A stretch of 64,000 nt of DNA from an uncultured delta proteobacterium (GTDB taxonomy: Bacteria; Bdellovibrionota; FAC87; UBA2466), in the NCBI GenBank assembly GCA_963778115.1, contig CAVZSV010000005.1, positions 480,001 through 544,000 on the forward strand, given 5' to 3'. The position numbers and the translations under genes were made by a program. Position 1 is the stretch's first letter, and every line of letters starts with the position of its first letter. Positions 51,401 to 59,174 of this stretch are shown here, piece by piece. The notes beneath the pieces are model-generated. The model saw only the letters and a program-made list of their open reading frames with translations. It did not search any database and was not told the origin of the DNA.

Positions 51401-51903
51401 TGACCGCTCATGCATTAAAAGGAGATAGAGAAAAGTGTTTAGCGGCGGGGATGGACGAATATATTGCAAAGCCGGTAAAACTCGAAGATGTTCACAAATG
51501 TATGGAACATATCCGACCCAATAACAGTTCCCCTACCGCCGTTGAAAATTCTCTAGACGTGAGTGTACTCAATTCCTATCGAGACCTAAACGAAAGCGAC
51601 TCCGACGATTTCCTTACGGAAATCATCGATATTTTCATCGAAAGTACGCCTCCTCTAATTGCCGATCTTCGTGCCGCTCTGGGAAATGGCGACAATAAGA
51701 TCGTAAAGAAATTGGCCCACAAACTAAAAGGCAGCAGTGCCAATCTCGGCGCGGTGTTACTCATGCAGTTTTGCGAACGATTAGAGCGGCAGGGATTGGA
51801 TGCCGCCTTGGACAACAACAAAGTGCCTCTCATCGATCGCATCGACAAAGAATTTCAGTTTGTTAAGTCCACCTTGCAAAAAGAGTGGCGCGCGCAGGCT
51901 TAA
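48481..51903 (+). CDS. Hybrid histidine kinase REC-PAS3-HisKA-HATPase-(degenerate REC)-REC-HPt
   Basis: FLANMSHEIRTPMN, GNAIKFT, GGTGLGL, MDCQMP, AHKLKGSS. Confidence 0.93.
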   Translation: MSYQEKIQDDRRPLNVLLIEDNPGDARLVQEALLHNPSGLDFNIKLTGRLGEGLQWLRANPVDVILLDLNLPDSFGFETFSNVHEQFPDLPVVVLSGEGTEDLAIKTVDAGAQDYLFKDSLTNHSLVVRMIRYAVGRYRIRKQLKVTEDRLRTVIESTSDGLIIVDLQGKIRFANRAAELLLESSTDALIDKPFPFPIKTEEEVEVTLNHSTHRRVLLAIRTTRTQWDDKNAYCASLRNVTERVQAEEALVRSEQRLRMVVSNIPVVLFALDTTGKVTLLEGKGLHSLSIGADRILGKNIFDFTKKDSPFEKDLSRALNGEEFTSEVETRLGRRLETMYSPVLDASGRPTGVIGICLDITERTEMEEAIKLERQRLYRIVSEAPIAMAVVDRDLRYVTHSKKWLSDYALSEQNIIGKSHLEVLPHLAEKWAPILAEAFKGKALSNSDDIFSLADGSPLHLRWALHPLQEAGKETTGVVIVTDAINELVEARKTAERAARLKSEFLANMSHEIRTPMNGVIGMTSLLLETSLTPEQREYTETIRTSGELLLNLINDILDFSKIESGKVSLEVTSFNLQSVIEETMDLFSDHTRNKPVFLTNLVNPHVPELVRGDPWRLRQILSNLVGNAIKFTDNGYVVISAELVETRRDAIAIRFDIKDSGIGIELDKMGQLFQSFSQADSSTTRRFGGTGLGLAISKRLVELMGGEIGVTSHPGEGSQFWFTVWLTKELGDQPSWASSFTSLEEKTIAVLSNDDAVQVSLANSLALMGTHVVKGAVNNHCLTEKSLAELSRSPVTACVLDASTDPHFTMKQLSEMGLSETRLLVIVPPGFAGESEFPDSVEFVRKPIRQTDLYKTLARLIRNQKHRELKPRSDPSTVTPITYPTAKEPQIRGLVLVAEDNIVNQKIAVQMLSRLGYRTDTVANGLEAAEAAERIPYDAILMDCQMPEMDGFEATAKIRSRERALGKHTPIIAMTAHALKGDREKCLAAGMDEYIAKPVKLEDVHKCMEHIRPNNSSPTAVENSLDVSVLNSYRDLNESDSDDFLTEIIDIFIESTPPLIADLRAALGNGDNKIVKKLAHKLKGSSANLGAVLLMQFCERLERQGLDAALDNNKVPLIDRIDKEFQFVKSTLQKEWRAQA

Positions 51904-51945
51904 CTGTCATTGCTAAGCGAAGCTGACGCAACCTGTTGGCCGACA

Positions 51946-52374
51946 TTACTGCGGCAACTCCACCATCTTCAGCCAAAAATCTTCAATGGCTTTTACCACA
52001 GCAAAAAATCTATCGAGATCGACCGGTTTGGTAATGTAACAATTGGCGTAATAGTCGTAGCTTTTATTGATATCCTCTTCCGCTTTAGAGGTAGTCAGCA
52101 CAACGACGGGGATACGTCTAAGATCCGCATCGCGTTTGATTTCGGCTAAGACTTCTCGGCCGTCTTTACGAGGGAGGTTTAGATCTAGAATGATAAGGGT
52201 AGGCCGGATAGCTTCAGAATACTTGCCCTCACGACGAAGGTAGGCCATCGCCTCAACACCATCTTGGACGATATTGAGTTGAACGGAAGTCGTTCCGTTT
52301 CTCAACGCCTCCAGAGTCAGGCGCTGATCTCCGGAATTGTCTTCGACCAGCAGAATTTGATATTTTGAGGTCAT
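51946..52374 (-). CDS. Single-domain response regulator, Rcp1-like
   Basis: [26 protein letters not shown]-terminus. Confidence 0.92.
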   Translation of the reverse strand: MTSKYQILLVEDNSGDQRLTLEALRNGTTSVQLNIVQDGVEAMAYLRREGKYSEAIRPTLIILDLNLPRKDGREVLAEIKRDADLRRIPVVVLTTSKAEEDINKSYDYYANCYITKPVDLDRFFAVVKAIEDFWLKMVELPQ

Positions 52375-52444
52375 TCTCGTTCTCGCCTCTGCTTATATCA
52401 CCACATGCCCGGACCGACCAAGGAAAGCTTAACTTCATGTTTAG

Positions 52445-55400
52445 TTACGCATAGTTAATCGTTTTCGCGCGATTGGAAACGGGCTTTGGAATCGTAAAGC
52501 GAAAAGTACTCCCCTCGCCGTTTTTTGACTCTACCCAGATTCGTCCGCCGTGTCTTTCAATGATCTTCTTGCAAATCGCAAGTCCAATTCCCGTCCCCGG
52601 ATACTCAGAAACGGTGTGCAATCTCTGGAAGATAAGAAATATCCGTTCGGAATATTCCATGTCGATCCCAATACCGTTGTCTTTGACGGAAATGATCCAT
52701 TCCTTATCGTTATCTTCTGAATCAATCGAGATGCAAACATTGGATGGCTTACGAAACTTGATGGCATTGCTCAAAAGATTTTGAAAAACTTGCGCCAGTT
52801 GAACCGCGTCTCCCATCAAGGAAGGAAGTGCTCCCACTGTAATCTCGGCCCGACTCTCCTCTATGGCTAAACGAAGATTAGCCAACACGGACTCAATCAC
52901 ATCGCTACATTGCAACGGAATAAAAGCAGTCCCCATGCGATTCACACGGGAATACGCTAGTAAGTCATCAATCTGCTGTTTCATTCTTTTTGCTCCATCA
53001 ACCGCGAAACCGATAAACTCATCGGCGTCACCATCAAGAACTCCGCGATATCGACGAGAGAGCAGATCAATGTAACTAGAGATCATGCGTAGGGGCTCTT
53101 GAAGATCGTGCGAAGCCACGTAAGCAAATTGTTCGAGTTCCCGGTTAGATCGAGCCAGTTCATCGGCCCGCAATCGCAGCATCTCTTCCGTTCTTTTTCT
53201 TTCGGTAATGTCGTTGAGAGTCGCCACTCGTGCAATTCCTCCGGCATACGGGATGGCGCGCCCTCTGACTTCGACGACGAGACTTCTCCCATCTTTGGTC
53301 ACCATCTCCATTTCGTACCGGCCCGAGTCGCCCGTATCTACCTTGTTACGAACCATCTCCCGATACGAAGGTTGCACTAAATCCAGCACAGCCACTTGTT
53401 TTAACTCCGCCAAGTCTTCGTAGCCGAACATCTTTACAAATGCCTGATTGGCTTCGACTACCGAGTAATCTTTATGGATAATGACGGCTTCAAAGGCGGA
53501 CTCCGAAAGCAAACGAAAACGCTCTTCACTATCTTTGAGAGCCCTTTCTGCCTCTTTGCGCTCAGTGATGTTTTGGTTCACCATCAGCATGGCATCTCGC
53601 CCTTCAAAAACCATGGGATGGAAAGTCGCTTCCACTTGGATGAAATTTCCGTTTTTCAACCGATGCGTGCGCTCGGCCCTGGAATCGCAGCTTCCGGGAG
53701 AGGGCCTGCCTAGTTTATCAGCCGTAGCTAGAGTCTCCGTTGGGGGATACTGAATATCCATTAGCTTCAGGGCTAGAAACTCCGCCCTATCATATCCGTA
53801 GATTCGAGTCGCACTTTCGTTCACTTCGAGAAAGCGTTCGGTAATGCGATCATAAACCCACATCGGCTGGGGATTATTATCGAACAGAAGACGAAAGCGA
53901 GTTTCACTTGCTTTAAGAACGCTTTCCGCCGCTTTCCTCTCCGTAATATCTCGAAGTGCGGCTACTCGCGCTCTTTTGCCCTGATAGCGAACATCCCTTC
54001 CGCAGACTTCAAGATCAATGAGAGTGCCGTCTCGTCTTATGCCGACGACTTCGTACGGAGTTTCGCTTCGGCTTGAAACTTTTTCCTCGACCACGACCTT
54101 CCCCTGCGGAGTGACAAAGTCGGTCGAGCGCATGCCGATGACCTCATCCTTGTTATCGTATCCAAAGAGTTTTAGAAACCTCTCATTAACATCAACTACC
54201 GTCCCTCCCTCGCTCACGATAACCCCGTCAAATGCCGCGTCTGAAAGGTTTCTAAAACGCTGTTCGCTTTCCTGAAGCGCTTCTTTTTTTTGCTTCTCTT
54301 CCGAAATATCCCGTAATAGGGCCACTCGAGCACTTTGCCCCCGATACACGACGGTCTTCGCATTGGCTTCGACGTAACGAATCTGACCGTCCTTACCTTG
54401 AAGCCCTCCCTGCCAGCGGCTCTTTATTCCCCTCTTCATAAACTCACTAACGGCCTCTCTTCCCTCGGGAAGTAGAATATCAACCACACGAGTTCCAATG
54501 AATTCATTCGCCTTGCCGCCCAACATCCTCCCAGCCGCTTCGTTAAGTTCGGTAATGACGCCGTTGACGTGAATAACGACACCTTCCGTGGCTACGCTAG
54601 AAAGCGCTCGAAATTGATCTTCACTCTCTTTTAATGCTTTGTCGGCCCTCTCTCGCTCGATAACCCGGCCCAACTGAAGCCCTATTTGGCCAACCATATC
54701 AAGCAAGAGAGAATCAGGCCCCATCGGTTCCGACGAGAAGAACTCCATGACCGCCACGACTTCGTCGCCCGCAAGAATGGGCGCGGCAAACGCCGCATGA
54801 ACGCGGACCTGCTTCGCGATTTTTGAACGAGGACAGTCTTTCTCTTCGGCAACATCTTCTATCCATTCGGGTTGCCTTTTGGCCCACGCACGTCCGGATA
54901 ATCCATAGCCATGCGCTAAATGCACTTCACTGCGCATCATTCGAAAGATCTCATGTCGAGAAGCATCCTCCAGATACCATATTCCCGATGAGATCAATTC
55001 TGCAGTCCTCGGATCCGGCAAGTAGATGTGTCCTATGGGCCAGTGAATAAACTCACAGACCAATTTAAGACAGTATTTCATGACTTCATGAGAAGAGCTC
55101 GCGGCATTGGAAGCGGAGGCCACTTTGTGCAGAAGATCGATGACCGAATTCTTGCGTGTTAGTATCGACTGCAAAGAGCTCGAAGCAATAAGACCAACAC
55201 TTCGACGGCTATCTCTTCCCAACGTCGAGGTCTTCCTTAAAAAGATTTTGCTTGTCTCACTACTTTTCCTACGAGAGGCTAACGGGTAAAGGCCCGCGAA
55301 TCTAAGCCCCGCCGCGAATCGAGTGAAGTACGTTGCGGTATTTCGGAAAAGCAGAATAAAACTTACTGAAAGTGTCAGGATGATTATCCAGGGAAAAGAG

Positions 55401-55504
55401 ATAAGCGGCGTTATCGACGACTCGACCGCAGAGGCAGCCCACGCGGGGGGGGCTCCCAGGAGCCTTAACAAGACCAACATGTTTTGATGGAATACCACGG
55501 CCAT
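52445..55504 (-). CDS. GAF-PAS4 sensor histidine kinase
   Basis: GAF domain, four PAS repeats, ASHDLQEPLR, NAIKF, GTGIGL. Confidence 0.92.
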   Translation of the reverse strand: MAVVFHQNMLVLLRLLGAPPAWAASAVESSITPLISFPWIIILTLSVSFILLFRNTATYFTRFAAGLRFAGLYPLASRRKSSETSKIFLRKTSTLGRDSRRSVGLIASSSLQSILTRKNSVIDLLHKVASASNAASSSHEVMKYCLKLVCEFIHWPIGHIYLPDPRTAELISSGIWYLEDASRHEIFRMMRSEVHLAHGYGLSGRAWAKRQPEWIEDVAEEKDCPRSKIAKQVRVHAAFAAPILAGDEVVAVMEFFSSEPMGPDSLLLDMVGQIGLQLGRVIERERADKALKESEDQFRALSSVATEGVVIHVNGVITELNEAAGRMLGGKANEFIGTRVVDILLPEGREAVSEFMKRGIKSRWQGGLQGKDGQIRYVEANAKTVVYRGQSARVALLRDISEEKQKKEALQESEQRFRNLSDAAFDGVIVSEGGTVVDVNERFLKLFGYDNKDEVIGMRSTDFVTPQGKVVVEEKVSSRSETPYEVVGIRRDGTLIDLEVCGRDVRYQGKRARVAALRDITERKAAESVLKASETRFRLLFDNNPQPMWVYDRITERFLEVNESATRIYGYDRAEFLALKLMDIQYPPTETLATADKLGRPSPGSCDSRAERTHRLKNGNFIQVEATFHPMVFEGRDAMLMVNQNITERKEAERALKDSEERFRLLSESAFEAVIIHKDYSVVEANQAFVKMFGYEDLAELKQVAVLDLVQPSYREMVRNKVDTGDSGRYEMEMVTKDGRSLVVEVRGRAIPYAGGIARVATLNDITERKRTEEMLRLRADELARSNRELEQFAYVASHDLQEPLRMISSYIDLLSRRYRGVLDGDADEFIGFAVDGAKRMKQQIDDLLAYSRVNRMGTAFIPLQCSDVIESVLANLRLAIEESRAEITVGALPSLMGDAVQLAQVFQNLLSNAIKFRKPSNVCISIDSEDNDKEWIISVKDNGIGIDMEYSERIFLIFQRLHTVSEYPGTGIGLAICKKIIERHGGRIWVESKNGEGSTFRFTIPKPVSNRAKTINYA

Positions 55505-55662
55505 CCGCTCCCAGCCAAACCGCTACCCCTTAAGTTACCGCGATGCAACAAGCCCTATTTAGTTACCCTATTTCAGCAGGAGCGAAAATACTTTTCTTCG
55601 GAAGGGTGTCGATAACCCCAAGAAGAGTACCTACCATATCTATTTAATATTATGAGATTATT

Positions 55663-57075
55663 TTAGTGAAGGGATTTCGCCTCGGCTAGACTGATGCCGT
55701 AGCGTTGAGCTTTGCGATACAGAGTCGCTCGGTCGATCCCTAAAATGGAGGCCGCCTTAGACTTGTTAAAGCTCACCTCTTGCAAGACTCTGATGATATG
55801 GGCTCGTTCCATCTGTTCTAAAGAACGTGGAGAGGCAACCTCCCCCTGGTCCGAAGTCGGAGTCACTGGTTGAGTCGTCGATTCGGATGCCTGAATTACG
55901 CTAACGGGAAAATCCTCTGGGTAAAGAACCGCCGTGTTGGTCATTGCCACCGCTCGTTCGATCGCATGTTCCAATTCCCGAATATTTCCTGGCCACGGAT
56001 AGGCGTACAACAAGGCCATCGCCTCTTCGGAAACATGGCTAATCGCCTTATGGGTCTTTTCCGAAAGACGTGCGACAAAATGGTTCACCAAAACCGGTAG
56101 ATCATCAATGCGATCGCGCAGTGCCGGCAACTCGACCATGATGACTTTCAATCGATAATAAAGATCTTCCCGGAAAAAGCCCTCTTTTACCCTCTCTTCC
56201 AAATTACGGTGAGTAGCAGCGATAACTCGAGTGTGCACTCGCCTTACTTCGTTTACCCCGACCGGTTTAAACTCCCCCTCTTGAATCACCCTTAACAGCT
56301 TGACCTGTAGACCGGGAGAAATATCCCCGATCTCATCCAGAAAGATAGTTCCGCCATCCGCCTCGTCGAAAAGTCCCCGCTTATTGGCAACGGCCCCCGT
56401 GAAGGATCCCTTCACATGGCCGAACAACTCCGATTCCAGCAAGTTCTCCGCAAGCGCCCCACAATTGACCGTAACAAAGGCGTTATTCCGTAAAGGACCA
56501 TTATCGTGAATCGCGCGAGCCACTAATTCCTTACCCGTACCGCTCTCTCCTGTGATCAAAACGTTACTGCTCGACATGGAAGCTTTAGCGAGCATCTTAT
56601 AGACCTGCACCATTTTCGGAGAGCGGCCGATTAGTGTCCGAGGCATCAGCTTAGCGCCGATAGGAATCTCTTTGTGCGGGATCTGCAAACCTTCCCAATG
56701 GCGTTTAGCACGCATCATGAGGGCTTTTAGTTCGTTGGGTTTGAGAGGTTTACTGAGATAATCGAACGCTCCCTCATGAATGGCTTGAATCGCCCCTTCC
56801 AATGAGCCAAAGCCAGTCATCAAAATGACAACAGACTGCGATCCGGATTTTTTTAGATAAGACAAAAGCCCGATGCCATCGAGATCGAACATATTAATGT
56901 CAGACAGAATGATGGGAAAGGTCTTGTCCTTGAGGATGGTAAGTGCTTGCTCTCCGCTCTCGGCGAGTGCCACGTCATACCCGTCACGCTCTAGGATCGC
57001 GCGCAGTAACTCACGCGTCACTTTGTCGTCATCAACAACGAGAATGGGAAGTGAGTTTTGGGAAAGGGCGTCCAT
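55663..57075 (-). CDS. sigma54-dependent enhancer-binding response regulator (NtrC/AtoC-like)
   Basis: Receiver, GESGTGKE, ESELFGH..GSFTGA, FREDLYYRL, WPGNIREL, Fis-type HTH. Confidence 0.95.
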   Translation of the reverse strand: MDALSQNSLPILVVDDDKVTRELLRAILERDGYDVALAESGEQALTILKDKTFPIILSDINMFDLDGIGLLSYLKKSGSQSVVILMTGFGSLEGAIQAIHEGAFDYLSKPLKPNELKALMMRAKRHWEGLQIPHKEIPIGAKLMPRTLIGRSPKMVQVYKMLAKASMSSSNVLITGESGTGKELVARAIHDNGPLRNNAFVTVNCGALAENLLESELFGHVKGSFTGAVANKRGLFDEADGGTIFLDEIGDISPGLQVKLLRVIQEGEFKPVGVNEVRRVHTRVIAATHRNLEERVKEGFFREDLYYRLKVIMVELPALRDRIDDLPVLVNHFVARLSEKTHKAISHVSEEAMALLYAYPWPGNIRELEHAIERAVAMTNTAVLYPEDFPVSVIQASESTTQPVTPTSDQGEVASPRSLEQMERAHIIRVLQEVSFNKSKAASILGIDRATLYRKAQRYGISLAEAKSLH

Positions 57076-57319
57076 ATTCGCAGTTAAACTTCCTGTCTTT
57101 CCAAGCCGCAACCGCGTAAACGTTGCTACAAAGGCTCCAGTCGCGTCTGGACCGATAATCTCAAATAAGTGTCAGCGCTTTTACCACGATTTGCCTAGAG
57201 GATCTAGGTGTGTTGGAGAGAGCTAGAGTAACTCACTGTTATTAGTAGACTTTCCTGATAGCCGTTGAAACCTACCCCAGACGAAAAGAGGGAACAGCAG
57301 AGAAGAAACTTAAGGGTGT

Positions 57320-57544
57320 TTAAGGCCGTGCGGGCACGGAAGAATGGTTGCCCGGTAATACCACCATCCTTTTAATCACAGCCCCTCCCTCTTCAAAATA
57401 GTTCAAAGTCTGTTGATTAAAGGCTAGAAATGCTACGACCACCATCACCAACCATAGCAGTGCGGGATACATCCAACCCAATACCCACCTTTTCTGCGAA
57501 CGACCAATCCACACCGGCGACCTGAACGACGGAAACTCAGCCAT
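57320..57544 (-). CDS. Small single-TM hypothetical protein
   Basis: GGGGGA SD before ATG; one hydrophobic helix. Confidence 0.5.
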   Translation of the reverse strand: MAEFPSFRSPVWIGRSQKRWVLGWMYPALLWLVMVVVAFLAFNQQTLNYFEEGGAVIKRMVVLPGNHSSVPARP

Positions 57545-57925
57545 CTTTCCCCCTAGTTCGGTTATTCAATTGCCTCTTCAACGAATGATCAATGGCCCAC
57601 TACATTTTTATTGAAGGGAAGGGGAGACGCTAAGCCCTACTTGGAACAGCCCCATAAATCCTACTTCCACCGTTTCACTCTCGCGCAGCATGACTACTAT
57701 GATCGCCATTGCGGCTATAACGCCCGCCCTTCCCTTTTTTCTGGGCAGCGACGTCTCCTCCAACAAACCGCTTGCTAAAGGAAACCTCTCATACCGAGTT
57801 AAGCTGACTCCCTCTTGAGCTTGCACTCTCACCGGCCCGACTTAAATCTCACCGCATCGGACATTCCTTTTCTGGGCTAACTACAAGGAAACTAAACGCT
57901 CATTTCGGTACGTATTTAGTATTAG

Positions 57926-57941
57926 AGCAAAACCGATGCCA
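57926..57941 (-). promoter_or_regulatory. sigma54 promoter (leftward)
   Basis: Reverse complement TGGCATCGGTTTTGCT. Confidence 0.8.
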
Positions 57942-58023
57942 CCGGGACAAAGGTTGTCGTCCTTCGCGTATTCTGCGCAAACCTCCTTCGATCATTATGA
58001 AAGAGGAAAAGTCTAATCCCTCT

Positions 58024-58075
58024 TGTTGCAGCCATTCGGTGAACGTGCGGCACTACTGCCGCAAACTGCGGCAGT
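58024..58075. promoter_or_regulatory. Probable enhancer (UAS) for a sigma54 activator
   Basis: TGCGGCA-CTAC-TGCCGCA (58046-58063), overlapping ACTGCCGCA-AAC-TGCGGCAGT (58055-58075), TGTTGCA at 58024; 21-22-bp phasing. Confidence 0.65.
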
Positions 58076-58123
58076 TCAATAAGAGAAAACGGCCAACTAC
58101 GCTCTGAGCCGCCATTCGTAAAT

Positions 58124-58139
58124 TGGCATCGGATTTGCT
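58124..58139 (+). promoter_or_regulatory. sigma54 promoter (rightward)
   Basis: TGGCATCGGATTTGCT. Confidence 0.8.
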
Positions 58140-58149
58140 TAAGTTTAAA

Positions 58150-58406
58150 TCAGGAATGAGTAGCCGGAATATCGGCGGCGGTTGAAGCGGAATCTGAAGC
58201 GAAAAGTAGAAAAGTTAGCGGCCGATGACAATGCTCACGCATTGACGAGCAGTAGTTGAAGTGGATTTGAACCGGACGTTCTTTAAAAAACGAATTCTCG
58301 ATTTCCGTAGGTAAAAACCTTCGGATTAAGTCGAGTGGGTCTGTGAAAGTTTTCCCAATTCCTCCTATTACCCCCCAACCGCTTTCACAGGCCCATTTCG
58401 TTTTTT
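58150..58406 (+). ncRNA. Putative sigma54-dependent structured sRNA (~255 nt)
   Basis: Promoter upstream, no usable ORF, several hairpins, plus-strand terminator downstream. Confidence 0.65.
58332..58406 (+). terminator. Intrinsic terminator with a 30-nt G-free loop
   Basis: 19-bp stem 58332-58350/58381-58400 (G-U pairs on the + strand) followed by T6. Confidence 0.7.
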
Positions 58407-59166
58407 AGCCCTCTATTAACTCTCCGAGCAGTCGATCCATTTCCCTCTGATTGCGTAGGTAATATTTCGCTTCGGACTCCAAAGAATGGCCCACTCGCAC
58501 CGTAATAATATTTTCGTCCGAAGCGGCCGACATTCCAAAGACGGACTCGTCGGTAACATCGTCTCCTACGTAAAGACCCATCTGCGCCCTGTTCCGTCGC
58601 ATCAAAGAAAAGAAAGCGTCCCCTTTGTGGGGAGCCCCGCGAGGCACTACGTTGACGACATCCTTTCCCGGAATGACAACGACCTGGCGCAACTCTTTGG
58701 CGCGACGACTGAGCGCTTTGGCCACGGCCTTTGGCTTACGGCTTTCTCGGAAATGAAGCGATAGCGAAAATCGCTTATCTTCGATCCACGCTCCGGGCTC
58801 GGCATCCACCGCACTAGAGAGTACTTTGATCCAACCACGCACTAGAGAATCAAATTTAGCCAGAGATTTTCGATTCGTGGGATCTTCGATTCCATGATTA
58901 CCAATCACACTTGCGAACGAGATCCCTTTAATGAACCTGGTCACATCGGCGACGGCTCTGCCGGTGATAAGCGCCACCGGATGCCTTGCAGTGAGCGGTT
59001 TCAATCGTTTTCGGGTGGTGGCTCTCATTTTAACGAAGTGAGGCTCTGGCGAAAGGGGGACAAGGGTGCCATCAAAGTCAAAGGCCAGAAGCGACCGATT
59101 GTCTTTCGTAGATTTTCGCAACCTCTCCAGAGCCGTCCGGCCTCGAGCGGAGAATAGATAATGCAC
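58405..59166 (-). CDS. otsB: Trehalose-6-phosphate phosphatase
   Basis: DFDGTL, TGR, GNHG, KG, GDDVTDE. Confidence 0.92.
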   Translation of the reverse strand: MHYLFSARGRTALERLRKSTKDNRSLLAFDFDGTLVPLSPEPHFVKMRATTRKRLKPLTARHPVALITGRAVADVTRFIKGISFASVIGNHGIEDPTNRKSLAKFDSLVRGWIKVLSSAVDAEPGAWIEDKRFSLSLHFRESRKPKAVAKALSRRAKELRQVVVIPGKDVVNVVPRGAPHKGDAFFSLMRRNRAQMGLYVGDDVTDESVFGMSAASDENIITVRVGHSLESEAKYYLRNQREMDRLLGELIEG

Positions 59167-59174
59167 TACAACAC

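Noticed and set aside
52445..55504. Phytochrome, suggested by the Cph1-type kinase core and the adjacent Rcp1-like regulator
   Set aside because: No PAS-GAF-PHY module or DIP/PRxSF motifs.
57600..57815. c-di-AMP (ydaO) riboswitch-like fragments (TGGGG..GTAGGG, GTCAGCT.AAC) on the - strand
   Set aside because: The fragments are in the wrong order and the 5' GCTGAA/GGGGGACC elements are missing; cmscan would settle it.
57608..57832. 74-aa ORF in the leftward transcript
   Set aside because: Weak start context and no recognisable features; it overlaps a strand-specific RNA helix. Not fully excluded.
58156..58209. Micro-ORF MSSRNIGGG-UGA-SGI-UGA-SEK-UAG with two in-frame UGAs (possible selenopeptide)
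   Set aside because: The ATG is only ~6 nt from the predicted start site with no spaced SD, there is no recognisable SECIS, and the UGAs are explained by the TGAAGCG repeat.
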